Of a stretch of 64,000 bases of DNA, positions 9,452 through 24,736 are shown piece by piece. Each line of letters opens with the position of its first letter. Within the stretch, counting starts at the first letter, position 1. This DNA is from an uncultured Candidatus Rokubacteria bacterium. GTDB lineage: Bacteria; Methylomirabilota; Methylomirabilia; Rokubacteriales; DASRDR01. The position numbers and the translations under genes were made by a program. The DNA is taken from the NCBI GenBank assembly GCA_963826115.1, contig CAWGVS010000006.1, forward strand, positions 640,001 to 704,000. Reading direction: 5' to 3'. The notes beneath the pieces are model-generated. The model saw only the letters and a list, made by a program, of their open reading frames with translations, searched no databases and was not told the DNA's origin.

Positions 9452-10309
9452 GTGTCCCCACGACGCCTCCGATTCGGGATCAAGGTCGCCCAGATGGGCG
9501 GCACCTTCGCAGAGATCCGCGACGCGTGGCTCGAGGCCGACCGCCTGGGCTTCGACACCGGCTGGGCCCACGACCACCTCTTGAACCAGAACGACCACAC
9601 GAAGTCCGAGGACGAGGGCTGGACCATCCTGACCGCGCTCCTCGTCGAGACGAAGCGCATCCGCGGCGGGCTCATGGTGACGGCCAACACGTTCCGCCAC
9701 CCCGGCATGCTCGCGAAGATCGCGACCACGGTCGACGTCGTCTCGCACGGACGCGTCGAGGTGGGAATCGGGGCCGGCTGGCACGAGGACGAGCACAAGC
9801 AGTACGGGCTCCCGCTCCCGCCGCTCGGCGAGCGGATGCGCCGCCTCGAGGAGGCGTGCCAGATCATGAAGGCGCTCTGGACCGAGACGCGCGCGACGGT
9901 CGAGGGGACCTACTACCAGGTGCGCGAGGCGTACCACGAGCCGAAGCCCGTCCACAAGCCGCACCCGCCCATCGTCATCGGGACCAGCGGCGAGAAGGTC
10001 GGCCTCCGCATCGTCGCGCGCCACGCCCAGGAGTGGAACATGTCGAAGGGCACGCCGGACGAGTTCCGGCGCCTCTCGACGCTGGTCGACGGCTTCTGCC
10101 GCGAGGCCGGCCGCGATCCCGCGGCCGTCGAGCGCTCGATCCAGTTCGGGGCGGACGCGCTCCAGAACGGCGCGCCCGCGCTGGTCCAGCTCTCGCGCGA
10201 GTTCGTGGCGGCGGGCGCGACCCATCTCATCTACACGTGCCCCATCCCGTACAGCGCCGCCGGCGCCCGCCGCCTCTGGCACGAGGTCGTCACGCCCCTC
10301 AAGGGCTGA
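9452..10309 (+). CDS. LLM-class (F420/flavin-dependent) oxidoreductase
   Basis: GFDTGWAHDH, FRHPGMLAK, GRVEVGIGAGW, PKPVHKPHPPI. Confidence 0.9.
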   Translation: MSPRRLRFGIKVAQMGGTFAEIRDAWLEADRLGFDTGWAHDHLLNQNDHTKSEDEGWTILTALLVETKRIRGGLMVTANTFRHPGMLAKIATTVDVVSHGRVEVGIGAGWHEDEHKQYGLPLPPLGERMRRLEEACQIMKALWTETRATVEGTYYQVREAYHEPKPVHKPHPPIVIGTSGEKVGLRIVARHAQEWNMSKGTPDEFRRLSTLVDGFCREAGRDPAAVERSIQFGADALQNGAPALVQLSREFVAAGATHLIYTCPIPYSAAGARRLWHEVVTPLKG

Positions 10310-10317
10310 GCTCCGCG

Positions 10318-10812
10318 GTGGACGGGTCGGTCGGCGCGCTCGTCCTCTGGATCCTGGCCGCCGGGCTGGTCCTGGTCGGCGTCGTCGGCGTGGTGGTGCC
10401 GGGGCTCCCCGGCGCGATCCTGGTGCTGGCCGGCCTCGCGCTCGCGGCCTGGATCGACGGGTTCGCGCGGGTCGGCCTCGGGACCCTCGCCGTGCTCGCC
10501 GCGCTCACCGCCCTGACGTATGTCCTCGACTTCGTGGCCACCGCGGTGGGCGCGCGCCGCTTCGGGACCGGCTGGTGGGGCGTCGTCGGCGCGCTCCTCG
10601 GCACGATCGCCGGGCTCTTCTTCGGGCTGCCGGGCCTCCTCGTCGGGCCGTTCGCCGGCGCCTTCGTCGCGGAGCTGATCGCGCGGCGGGACGTCCGCCA
10701 GGCCGGCCGCGCGGGCGTCGGGGCGTGGCTCGGCCTCCTGCTCGGGACCGCCGCGCGCCTCGGCGTCGTGCTGGCGATGATCGGGATCTTCGCCGTCGCC
10801 TACGTGCGCTGA
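10318..10812 (+). CDS. DUF456 family membrane protein
   Basis: VVPGLPG, GLLVGPFAGAFVAEL motifs. Confidence 0.85.
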   Translation: MDGSVGALVLWILAAGLVLVGVVGVVVPGLPGAILVLAGLALAAWIDGFARVGLGTLAVLAALTALTYVLDFVATAVGARRFGTGWWGVVGALLGTIAGLFFGLPGLLVGPFAGAFVAELIARRDVRQAGRAGVGAWLGLLLGTAARLGVVLAMIGIFAVAYVR

Positions 10813-10994
10813 CGCCGGCGTCGGCGTTCTGTCGCCGGCTCGCCGTGGCCGCGCCCTGGGCTCCGTCACCCGTGCGCGGTCAGGCCGTGATCTGACCCTC
10901 GCGGCCTGATGCCGAAGGGGTCCCGCGGCCTCGGCGCGCCGGGTCTTCGCCGGCGTCACGCCCGATGCCGGCGCCAGAACGGGGGCAGGGCCGG

Positions 10995-11033
10995 GAGACG
11001 GCTGAGGCCGCCGGAGGTTCCTCCGGCGGCCTC
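10995..11033. terminator. GC-rich hairpin downstream of amtB
   Basis: GAGGCCGCCGGAGG-TT-CCTCCGGCGGCCTC; homologous element at 16198-16239. Confidence 0.5.
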
Positions 11034-11060
11034 GATGGCCTGCGGCGGCGGAGCCGGCCG

Positions 11061-12524
<1,464 letters not shown>

Positions 12525-12565
12525 CGTTGACTCTCCTTTCAGCAGGGATTCGGCGCCGAGCGTGT

Positions 12566-15060
<2,495 letters not shown>

Positions 15061-15064
<4 letters not shown>

Positions 15065-16191
15065 CGCGCCGCCAGCGCCTCGCGCGCGCCGAAGTAGGCG
15101 GGCTTGGGCGCGTAGTCCCGGTCGAAGAGGAGCGGCGCGTCCTCGCCGAACCGCGCGTGGATCCACGAGTGGCGGTCCGTCACGCCCCAGAACGTGACGC
15201 CCGCGAACCCCGGCAGGCCGACGCACGCGGCGATGGCGTCCCGGTACGCGCGGCGCTGGCGGGCGAGGGGGTCGCCCCGGCGGACGGTGCGGACGCGGAC
15301 GTCCATCTCGGAGATGCGGACCTCGAGGCCGAGCCGGAGGAGCCGCTCGACGTTGGCGCGGATCGCGCGGGGCCGGGGCGGCCGGGTCGCCCGGATGTGC
15401 ATCTGGAGGCCGACGCCGTGGACCGGGACGCCCGCGTCGAGGAGGCGCCGGACGAGCTCGTGGACGGCGTCCGCCTTCCGCCCGCCGCCCTCGGCGTCGA
15501 AGTCGTTGTAGTAGAGCCGCGCGCCAGGATCCGCCGCGTGGGCCCGACGGAACGCCTCCGCGACGTAGCCCACCCCCACGGCGCGCCGGAAGTACGTGTC
15601 GCGGAGGCGGCCGTCGCCGTCGATCGCCTCGTTGACGACGTCCCAGGCGGCGACGCGCCCCGCGTAGCGGCCGACCAGGGTCTCGACGTGCTCGGCGAGG
15701 GCGCCGCTCGCCGCGGCCCGGGAGAGCGCGGGCGTGAGCCAGCCGGGCAGCTGCTCGTGCCAGACGAGCGTGTGGCCGTGGACGCGGAGCCCGTGGGCCT
15801 CGGCGAAGCGGACGAGCGCGTCCGCCGGCTCGAAGTCCCACCGATCCGGCTCGGGGTGGACGCGCTCCCACTTCATGACGTTCTCGGGTGTGATCGCGTC
15901 GAACTCGCGGAGGAGCGTCCGCGCGTACACGGGCTCCTGCAGGAGCTCCGGCTCGACCGCGGCGCCGACGGAGACGCCGGCGACCGCCCGGAGGCCGGCC
16001 CCCGGCGTCGCGGGCGCGGCGGGGGTCAGCGGGCGCCGGGGAGCCGCGCGCGGAAGTGCTCGACCGCGGCCCGGAGCGAGAGCGGCGTGACCTGGTCCGA
16101 TCGGTCGAGACGGCTGAGCATCACGCCACAGGATAGCCCGGGGCCAGACCCCGCGGCGCGTGACGCCGTCCCGCCGGGGAGCGGGGGGCAC
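15061..16191 (-). CDS. GH10 endo-1,4-beta-xylanase-like glycoside hydrolase
   Basis: TPENVMKW, GHTLVWH, WDVVNEA, YYNDF, GLQMH, ISEMDV; true start probably internal. Confidence 0.9.
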
Positions 16192-16197
16192 GAGGTA

Positions 16198-16239
16198 GAG
16201 ACGGCTCAGGCCGCCGGAAGCCGTCTCCGGCGGCCTGAG
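16198..16239. terminator. GC-rich hairpin downstream of second glnK
   Basis: CTCAGGCCGCCGGA...TCCGGCGGCCTGAG. Confidence 0.5.
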
Positions 16240-16271
16240 AGCGTCCAGCGCGCGCGATCGAGAGACAGCCG

Positions 16272-16619
<348 letters not shown>

Positions 16620-16632
16620 TCAGGCGTCCGGA

Positions 16633-18208
16633 TCAGTGCTCGGTCACGGGCCGGGAGACGGCGTGGGCCATGCTGGCGGTCCCGCCCCCGGGGAGCGCGG
16701 CGCCCATGCGGGCGTGCGGCGCCACGACCGCGAAGTCCGGGTACGCCCCGATCCCGTGCTCGCCGACGTCCAGCCCCTCGAGCTCCTCCTCCGGGCTGAC
16801 GCGGATGCCCATGACCGCCTTGATGACCGCCCAGGCGGCCAGGCCCACCGCGAAGGTGAAGGCGCCGACGGCGACGACGCCGATGAGCTGGGCCATGAAG
16901 AGCCCCAGCCCGCCGCCGAAGAAGAGGCCGTTCCCGGTGGTGTTGGGCGTCATGGAGTCCTGGGCGAAGAGGCCCACCGCCAGCGTGCCGAAGATGCCGC
17001 AGACCAGGTGGACCGAGAGGGCGCCGACCGGATCGTCGATCTTGACCCGGTCGAAGAAGAGGACGGCGAAGACGACGAGGACCCCGGCGATGAGCCCGAT
17101 GATCACCGAGCTCCCGACGCTGACGAAGGCGCACGGCGCGGTGATCGCGACGAGGCCGGCGAGGGACCCGTTGATGATCATGCGAGAGGTCCGGCTTGCC
17201 GAGGAGCTTCCAGGCGACCAGGGTGGCGCTGAACGCGGCCGCGGCGGCGGCCATGTTGGTCGTGACCGCGATGCGCGCGATGTCGCCGGGCGAGGCGGCC
17301 ATCGTGCTGCCCGGGTTGAACCCGAACCACCCGAACCACAGGACCAGCGCCCCGATCGTGGCGGACGTCATGTTGTGGCCGGGGATGGGGTTGATCCGCC
17401 CATCCTTGCCGAACTTGCCGATGCGCGGGCCGAGGAGGATCACGCCCGCGAGGGCCGCCCAGCCGCCGACCGAGTGGACGACCGTCGAGCCGGCGAAGTC
17501 CCACATGCCGAGCTTGGCGAGGAAGCCGCCGCCCCAGATCCAGTGGCCGGTGATCGGGTACATGAGACCGACGATGACGAAGCTGAAGACGATGAAGGCG
17601 TGGAACTTGATCCGCTCGGCGACCGCGCCGGAGACGATCGTGGCCGCGGTGCCGGCGAAGACGAGCTGGAAGAAGAACTTGGCCCAGATCGGGACGCCCG
17701 TCCAGTTGATCGCCGAGTAGACGCCCTTGTAGGCCTCGCCGGTGGCCGGGCTGTTGTCCGCGCCGCCCACGAAGAAGAGGCCCTGCGCCCCGAAGAGCGA
17801 CGTCCCGTCGCCGAACATGAGCCCCCAGCCGATGATGAAGAACGCGAGCGACGACACCGCGAAGACGATGAAGTTCTTCGTGAGGATGTTGACGGCGTTC
17901 TTGGCCCGGCAGAGCCCGGACTCCACCATCGCGAACCCGAGGTTCATGAAGAAGACGAGGAACGCGGTGATGAGCACCCACGCGGTGTCCGCCGCGACCT
18001 TGAGGTCGCCGACCTTGCTCGCCAGCTCCGCCAGGGGATCGACCGGCGCCGCGGGGGCCGGAGCGGCGGCGGGAGCCGGCGCGGGGGCCGGCGCCGGGGT
18101 CTGCGCGCTCGCGCCGGCGGCGCCGAGCAGGACCGCGGCCAGGGCGAGGGCCAGCGGGAGCCACGCGGCCATGCTTCGAGAAGGACGTCGCGAGTAGCGT
18201 TGTGCCAT
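16633..18208 (-). CDS. amt: ammonium transporter (second clade), +1 frameshift at 17182
   Basis: [32 protein letters not shown]; removing base 17182 restores [19 protein letters not shown] and [10 protein letters not shown]. Confidence 0.9.
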
Positions 18209-18330
18209 GACCTCTCCTCGGGCTCGAAGGTTTACCCAGCCCCCCCGCGTCGTTGAGAGAGGGTGTGTATCCGCCACGCAGGTGCCGGCGCCATTGCCGC
18301 GCGACGCCGTGTGCTGCCCGCGCGAGGGAT

Positions 18331-18346
18331 AGCAAGCCGAATGCCC
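18331..18346 (-). promoter_or_regulatory. sigma54 promoter of amt-glnK
   Basis: minus strand GGGCATTCGGCTTGCT (GG-N10-GC). Confidence 0.65.
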
Positions 18347-18465
18347 GTCGAGACCGCGATCCGGGGGAGAGGCCCGGCGATCAGCGGTGACGGGCACTTC
18401 CGGCGCGATGGCGGCTGCGTGGCCGGGAGCTCGCCGCCCGAGGCGTGATGCGGGAGAGGGCAGGG

Positions 18466-18482
18466 TGCCTATGGACTGGGCA
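18466..18482. promoter_or_regulatory. NtrC-like enhancer palindrome
   Basis: TGCCT-ATGGACT-GGGCA about 120 bp upstream of the sigma54 site. Confidence 0.5.
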
Positions 18483-18639
18483 TCGGTGGGCGGGCACTCG
18501 GCCCCGAGGCCGGATGTCAGCGCCCGGTCCGGCGGGTGCGGATCCTTCGGCCCCGAGGGCGCGTGGAGCTGGCGCTCGGGACGGCGCGGGTCGGGAGGGC
18601 CCGCGGGGCGGTGGCTCCCCGCGGGCCCGGACTCGCGGC

Positions 18640-19429
18640 CTAGTAGGCGGGGAGCTTGCCGCTGGCGACGGTCTGCTTGACGGCGGCGGCCTCCTCGGAG
18701 GCCCGGGCCGCGAGGAACCGGCTGTCGCTGGCGAGCGTCACGAACTGCCAGCCCTGACTCGCCATCTTGAGCGCGTACTGGCTCGTCGCGTTGTGGAGGC
18801 CGGCGACGACCTTGTGGCGCTTGCAGGCCTCCAGGATCTTCCCGAGGGCCTCGACGACGGGCGGCCTCCGTCTGGTCGAGCTTCGGCGTGCAGCCCATCG
18901 TGAGCGAGAGGTCGGCAGGCCCGACGTAGATGGCGTCGACGCCCGGCGTGCTCAGGATCTCGTCGATGTTCTGGACGGCTTCCTTCGTCTCGATCATGGG
19001 CATCACGACCAGCGTGTCGTTCGCCGCCGTCGCGTAGTCCGTGCCGCCGTAGATCGAGGCGCGCACCGGGCCGAAGCTCCGGTAGCCCTTCGGGGCGTAC
19101 TTGCACGTCCTGACCAGCTGCTCGGCCTCCTTCCGGGAGTTGATCATCGGGCAGATGATCCCGTAGGCGCCGGCGTCGAGGATCTTCATGATGTGGGCCG
19201 GATCGTTCCACGGCACCCGCGCGAACGGGATCACGCTCGTCGTCGAGATCGCCTGGAGCATCGTCACCGCCGTCTGGTAGTCGACGACGCCGTGCTGCAT
19301 GTCCACGACCAGGGAGTCGAAGCCCTGGTGCGCCATCACCTCCGCCGAGAAGCTCGACGGGATCGACAGCCACCCGTTGACCACGACCCCGCCCTTCGCC
19401 CAGATCGACTTCACCGTGTTCTCGCGCAC
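18640..19429 (-). CDS. HpcH/HpaI aldolase family protein, +1 frameshift near 18864
   Basis: DMQHG, KILDAGAYGIICPM, MIET, YVGPADL; C-terminus continues in another frame to GKLPAY*. Confidence 0.88.
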
Positions 19430-19568
19430 CGTCGGGCTCCTTCCTGAATAGGTCCGTCGTGAGTATCGAATCGCCGCGCCGCGGCCGGCCCGATGCCGGG
19501 AGATCCGCGGCACCCGAGGAGTATAGGCGCGCCGCGCCGGCCGCGCCACCCCGCCGCCGCCGCGATCA

Positions 19569-20894
19569 TCAGTTCGCGAGGTAGGCGTTCACGTCCGTGA
19601 AGGTGGTGATCTTCGTCGTCGAGTACGAGGGATAGTTCTTGTCGGCCTCGTAGACGGCCGCGTGGACCTTGGGGACACAGTCCGAGAACGGGATACCCCA
19701 CGCGAGCGTGAGGGAGGATGACGAGCCCGCGCCGCCGTACGCGGGGAGGGCGGCCAGAGGCAGATCCACGGTCGGGTAGCACCCGTTGTCGTCCCAGACG
19801 TGCACGGTCGTCGGGAAGGAGGCGGTACTGCCGTAGTTCCTGACGCGTACGCGGATCGCTCCCGGGCCGCCCAGCGCATTCCCCGGCTTGTAGATCCGGA
19901 TCATCACCGGCCAGAGCGACCACGTGTGCGGCTGGATCTGGATCTTCGGCCCCTCGAAGACCGCGACCTTGTCGGCGCTCGGTACGTTCCCCGGCTGCTC
20001 GATCTCGATGCTGATCTGGTAGATACCCTTGTCGACGCCGCTGGTGCCGCCGGTCGCCATCGTCAGGACGTCGGCCCGGCTGTGGCCCGCGGCGAGCGCG
20101 GGGACGTTCACGGTGGTGCCGATGCCTCCGGTCTTCCCGTCGAGCCAGATGGTCAGGGCGATCGACTGGCCCAGCCGCACGTTCGCCGGCCCGCCGCCGA
20201 CGTTCTTCACGGTGGTCCTCAGCTTGATCGGCTCGCCCAGCCCGAGGTAGTAGTCCGCCTGGATGAAGCCGGGGGCCGTCGAGGCGAACGCCTCCACGTC
20301 GTACGCCTTCCCGCTGAGCTTCTCCAGTCCGGTGAGCTTGTACTTCGCCGTCTTCTTGCCCTCCGTCAGCGCTACCACGACCGTGTTGGTCTCGTCGCCC
20401 GTGTACTGCGCGCTCGGGTCCATGAGGCAGCCCTTGACCGCGTACGACTTGCCGACCGCGAACTTCGACTGCGTCAGCGGGAGGTCGAAGCTGCCGGTCA
20501 AGCCGGGCAGGTACGCGGAGTCGAGGGTGTCGTCACGCTTGCCCGGGCAGTCGCCCGGCGCGATGGACCCCTCGCGGATCCGGATCTGGACGCCCGTCGC
20601 GGCGCCGACCTGGGTCGGGTCGAGCCCCCAGCTGGCCGTGACCTTGTCGGTCTTCTCCGCCTCGATGGAGAAGAGGCTCCCGTTGAGCTTCAGCGAGTTC
20701 AGCTTGACGTCGAGCGGCCGCACCGGGCGAGTGCGCGTGACGGCGCGCCCGGGCGGCGCCGAGGGCGGCGCGCTGCCGCGTGCGGGCTCCTCCGGGGCTT
20801 TGCGGGGTTGCTGGGCCGGCGCGAGCAGCGGCACGGCCATCACGAGGGCGAGGACGGCGTGAGGGAGCGCATGGACGGACCGACGAGGCTTCAT
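19569..20894 (-). CDS. secreted multi-domain beta-sandwich (CARDB/Ig-like) protein
   Basis: signal peptide; TVKNVGGGPA...VPALAAG and RVRNYGS...LAALPA CARDB-like motifs; AGGAGG SD. Confidence 0.75.
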   Translation of the reverse strand: MKPRRSVHALPHAVLALVMAVPLLAPAQQPRKAPEEPARGSAPPSAPPGRAVTRTRPVRPLDVKLNSLKLNGSLFSIEAEKTDKVTASWGLDPTQVGAATGVQIRIREGSIAPGDCPGKRDDTLDSAYLPGLTGSFDLPLTQSKFAVGKSYAVKGCLMDPSAQYTGDETNTVVVALTEGKKTAKYKLTGLEKLSGKAYDVEAFASTAPGFIQADYYLGLGEPIKLRTTVKNVGGGPANVRLGQSIALTIWLDGKTGGIGTTVNVPALAAGHSRADVLTMATGGTSGVDKGIYQISIEIEQPGNVPSADKVAVFEGPKIQIQPHTWSLWPVMIRIYKPGNALGGPGAIRVRVRNYGSTASFPTTVHVWDDNGCYPTVDLPLAALPAYGGAGSSSSLTLAWGIPFSDCVPKVHAAVYEADKNYPSYSTTKITTFTDVNAYLAN

Positions 20895-21200
20895 ATCGGG
20901 CCTCCTGTCCTGCGGTCTTGGGGTGAGTATGATCCGACTCCGCGGGGGGTCAACCGGCGAAACGCGCGCCGGAGAGAGGGGCGGTGCGGCGGCTCCCGGG
21001 CGGCGCGGCCGCGCGTCAGGAAGCGCGGTCGACGTCGCGCGGGAACTGGTCGATTAGGCGTCCGTCACCGGCTCGGCGACGCGTCGGCCACGCACGTCTG
21101 CATCTTCACCGCGGCCGGCGCGCCGGATGAGCGGATCGACGCGCCGACCTCCGAGGATCTGCGGCCTCCGTCCTGAGCCCGCCCTGGGCGCGGGGTCAGG

Positions 21201-21608
21201 TCAGCCGAGGGGCTCGGTCGGCGTCCAGGCGCCCATCGCGCGAATCGCCTCGTCGGGCCCGGGCCAGGATGGCATCGTGATCGCGATGGCCGTGAGATCG
21301 CCGGGGCCGCGCGACCGGAACTGGAAGTGCGTGCCGAGCGGGATCGTGAGGCACACGCCTGGCTCGAGCGGGACGGTCTCCTCGCGCTCGCCCTGGCGGC
21401 GCCACATCTCGCCGCGCCCGCCCAGCACGTACCAGATCTCCTCGACGGTCCGGTGGGTCACCGCGCGCGAGACGCGGCCCGGGCCGAGCGCGAAGTGCGC
21501 CATGCCGCCGCCAGCGAGTCGAAGGAGCACGCGCACGTCGGCGCCGTCCGGCGCGCGGGCGTCAGGCCGGGCGGGGAGCCGTCTCGTCGCGAAGGCCGTC
21601 TCGGTCAC
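21201..21608 (-). CDS. cupin domain protein
   Basis: HRTVEEIWYVLGGRG, IPLGTHFQF. Confidence 0.88.
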   Translation of the reverse strand: MTETAFATRRLPARPDARAPDGADVRVLLRLAGGGMAHFALGPGRVSRAVTHRTVEEIWYVLGGRGEMWRRQGEREETVPLEPGVCLTIPLGTHFQFRSRGPGDLTAIAITMPSWPGPDEAIRAMGAWTPTEPLG

Positions 21609-21647
21609 GCCGGGCTCCTTTCGCTGCGGGGGTGCGCTCCGCCGGGC

Positions 21648-23171
21648 TCACGCGCGGCGGGCCCGGAGGTGGTCCGCGAGGCGGAGGGCGAGGGCGACGA
21701 TCGTGAGCACCGGGTTCGCGTAGCCGCCCGTCGGGAACACCGACGGCCCGGCGACGTAGAGGTTCTCGATCCCGTGGACGCGGGCGTCGGCGCCGACGAC
21801 GCCCTGGCGCGGGTCCTCGTGCATGCGGGTCGTGCCCATGTGGTGGTGGCCGCCGCCCGGCGGCCGCGCCCAGCGGAGGTCGTCCGCGTCCAGCCCCGCG
21901 TCCCAGCGTCCGATCCCGGCGCGCGTCACCTCCTCGCCCAGGATCTCGAGCGCCCGCCGCATGCTGCGCTTGTCGAGGGGCGAGAGCCGCCAGTGGAGTT
22001 CCGCCCGGCGGCGGCCGAGCGCATCGCGCCCGGCGCCGAGCGTCACGCGGCTCTCCGGGTTCGGCGCCTGCTCCGCTCGCGAGTGGACGACGAGGGCGAC
22101 CGGCCCCGTCCGCGGGCCGCGCTCCCGCCGCGGGTTCCGCCGCCGGCGCGCCCGGGCGGTCCGGAGGCGCCACGCGACGCGCTCGGGCACGAGGCGGCGG
22201 AGGAGCCCGAGGGCCAGGCGCCGAGGGCGCGGGAGCGGCGGGCGGTCGACGAGCGCGCTGTAGCCGAGGAGCCCCTCCTGGCGACGCGTGTCGGCCGAGA
22301 GGACGAGCGTGCCCTTGACGCAGGTCGCGCCGGCGAAGTGGGGCGCGTAGAGGGCGGCGAGCCGCGCGTCCGCGAGGCGCACCGTGCCGCAGTCGAGGTG
22401 GAGGTGCTCCATGAAGCAGCGGCCGACCAGGTCGTGCGCGTTGCCGAGCCCCGCGGGGCCCGAGAGGAGCAGGAGGCGCGGTGTCTCGATGCCGCCGGCC
22501 GCCAGGACGACCACGCGCGCCGCGACGCGGAAGCGCGGCCCCCGGAGGCAGGCGACGCGGACGTGGGTCACCCGCTCGCCGCCGGGCGACGTCTCGAGCT
22601 CCGTCGCCGAGGCGTGGAGGTAGACGGCGACGCGGGGCGCCGCGGCGAGCTCCGCTCGGTAGACGGCCCCGAAGCGGGTCGGCGGGCTCATCTGGAACAT
22701 CGCCGTGCCGACGCGGCCGCCGTCGAGGGGCCAGGCGGGCCGCGCGCGGTCGGCCCAGTGCTCGGCGTCGTAGGCGAACGGGCCGAGCTGGCAGACCGCG
22801 TGCGCCCGCCGGTAGTAGGGCAGGAGGTGCGCGCGCCCGAACGGCCAGCCGCTCCGCGGGATCTCGGGGCGCGCCTCGAAGTCGACCTCGTCCAAGGGCC
22901 GGCACTGGCCGCCCCACTGGTCGGTCGTCCCGCCGAGGGCGGCGGTGCGGATCCAGTCGAGCGGGTAGTACGGCGCGCCGACGTTCGGGGCCCGGAGGAG
23001 CGCGCGCGTCCGCCGGCCGGGGACGAGGCCGCCGCTCTCGAGGACGACGACCCGGAGCGGCGTCCCGATCAGCTCGCGCGCGAGGGCGATCCCGGCGGCG
23101 CCGGCCCCGACGACGCAGACGTCGGCCTCGAGGACAATCTCGGACGGGACGTCCCGCGCGTCACGGAGCAC
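21648..23171 (-). CDS. GMC family FAD oxidoreductase
   Basis: VVGAGAAG, LAAGGIETPRLLL, HHMGTTRM, ANPVLTIVALA. Confidence 0.92.
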   Translation of the reverse strand: MLRDARDVPSEIVLEADVCVVGAGAAGIALARELIGTPLRVVVLESGGLVPGRRTRALLRAPNVGAPYYPLDWIRTAALGGTTDQWGGQCRPLDEVDFEARPEIPRSGWPFGRAHLLPYYRRAHAVCQLGPFAYDAEHWADRARPAWPLDGGRVGTAMFQMSPPTRFGAVYRAELAAAPRVAVYLHASATELETSPGGERVTHVRVACLRGPRFRVAARVVVLAAGGIETPRLLLLSGPAGLGNAHDLVGRCFMEHLHLDCGTVRLADARLAALYAPHFAGATCVKGTLVLSADTRRQEGLLGYSALVDRPPLPRPRRLALGLLRRLVPERVAWRLRTARARRRRNPRRERGPRTGPVALVVHSRAEQAPNPESRVTLGAGRDALGRRRAELHWRLSPLDKRSMRRALEILGEEVTRAGIGRWDAGLDADDLRWARPPGGGHHHMGTTRMHEDPRQGVVGADARVHGIENLYVAGPSVFPTGGYANPVLTIVALALRLADHLRARRA

Positions 23172-23958
23172 GGTCGACGTCGCGGAGGAACTCGTCGACG
23201 AGCCGGTTGAAGGCGACGGGGCGCTCGAAGTAGACGGAGTGCCCCGCGGCCGGCACCCGCGCGAGGCGCGCGCCCGGCACGATCGACGCGAGGACGGCGA
23301 CGGCGTCCGGCGGGATGACGACGTCCTCCTCGCCGACGACGCAGAGGAGCGGCGGCCCGAGCGTGGCGACCGTCGCGCGCGGCGTCGCCCGCATCGCGAT
23401 CAGCTTCTTCCGGATCGCGGTCTTGTCGAGGTCCTGCGAGAGCGCGTCCACCTCCCGGTAGAGGAAGTGGAGGGCCGGCTGCTCCCGCGCCATCCGCTCG
23501 CCGGCCGCCGGGTGGATGCCGCGGTCGAACAGCGCCTTCTCCGGCTGCGCCGCCCCGTGGGCCTTGAAGATCGCGTGCGTCTCGGGGTCGCCGAGCGTGC
23601 CGGTCGTCGCCGCCATGACGAGCGCCTTCACGCGCTCCGGGTGCCGGAGCGCGTAGCCGAGGCACGTCCAGCCGCCCATCGACTGGGCGACGAGCCGCAC
23701 GTCGGCCAGCCCCAGGTGGTCGACCAGGGCCGCGAGGTCGTCGGCGTACGCGTCGGGCCCGGGCCGGTCCGGGGACTCCGTCGAGAGGCCGAACCCGCGG
23801 TGGTCGAGGGTCACGCACGTGTAGCGGTCGCGGAAGTGCGGGACCTGCTGCCACCAGGAGAGGTGGCCGCCGCCCAGGCCGTGGACGAAGACGAGGGCCG
23901 GGCCCGCGCCGTGGGTCTCGTAGTAGAGCCGCGCGCCGTCGCGCTCGAGGAAGGGCAT
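23161..23958 (-). CDS. alpha/beta hydrolase
   Basis: VHGLGG, DHRGFG, AQSMGG, AGHSVYFE. Confidence 0.92.
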   Translation of the reverse strand: MPFLERDGARLYYETHGAGPALVFVHGLGGGHLSWWQQVPHFRDRYTCVTLDHRGFGLSTESPDRPGPDAYADDLAALVDHLGLADVRLVAQSMGGWTCLGYALRHPERVKALVMAATTGTLGDPETHAIFKAHGAAQPEKALFDRGIHPAAGERMAREQPALHFLYREVDALSQDLDKTAIRKKLIAMRATPRATVATLGPPLLCVVGEEDVVIPPDAVAVLASIVPGARLARVPAAGHSVYFERPVAFNRLVDEFLRDVDRAP

Positions 23959-23974
23959 CGCGGAGTCCTCCGGG

Positions 23975-24736
23975 TCAGGCCGCGGCGCTCGCGCGCCCGG
24001 CGTGGGTGATCGAGGTGGCGGAACCGACGCGGCCGACGTGGATCGTCACGGTGCCGAGGCCGACCTTCCGGACGCGGACGTCGCGAAGCCCGACCGCCTC
24101 CATGAGGTGCGCGAGCTCGCCCGGCGTCACGAAGCGGTCGACGGACTGGGGGAGGTAGGTGTACGCGTCGCGATTCCCCGAGATCAGCCCGCCGATCGCC
24201 GGGACGACGTGGTGGAAGTAGAGCCGGAAGGCCTGGCGCCAGCCGGGGAGCGTCGGCTGGGTGATCTCGAGGGCGACGACGCTCCCGCCGGGCGCCGTCA
24301 CGCGCCGCATCTCGGCGAGGCCCGCGCGGAGGTCGGCGAGGTTCCGGAGGAGGAACGCCGACGCCACGCAGCCGAAGGAGGCGTCGGCGAACGGGAGCGC
24401 GAGGGCGTCCCCCGCGAGGAAGCGCACCCGCCGCTCGCCGGCCGCCTGCGCCTTCACCCGGCCGAGGCGGAGCATGCCCTCGACGAAGTCGACGCCGACC
24501 ACGGCGCGCACGCCCGCTTCCGCGAGGAGCGCCCGCGCGAGGTCGCCCGTGCCGGTGGCGAGGTCGAGGGCGAGGGCGCCGCGGGGCGGCGCCGCCGCGC
24601 GCGCGGCGGCCCGGCGCCAGGCCTGGTCGCGGCCCCCGGTCATGAGCGCGTTCATGAGGTCGTAGCGCGGCGCGATGCCCGCGAACATCGCCCGCACGCG
24701 GGTCGCCTTGTCGCCGCCGGCGGCCGGCTGGATCAT
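23975..24736 (-). CDS. ubiE: demethylmenaquinone/ubiquinone methyltransferase
   Basis: MFAGIAPRYDLMN, LDLATGTGD, FLLRN, AYTYLPQSV. Confidence 0.9.
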   Translation of the reverse strand: MIQPAAGGDKATRVRAMFAGIAPRYDLMNALMTGGRDQAWRRAAARAAAPPRGALALDLATGTGDLARALLAEAGVRAVVGVDFVEGMLRLGRVKAQAAGERRVRFLAGDALALPFADASFGCVASAFLLRNLADLRAGLAEMRRVTAPGGSVVALEITQPTLPGWRQAFRLYFHHVVPAIGGLISGNRDAYTYLPQSVDRFVTPGELAHLMEAVGLRDVRVRKVGLGTVTIHVGRVGSATSITHAGRASAAA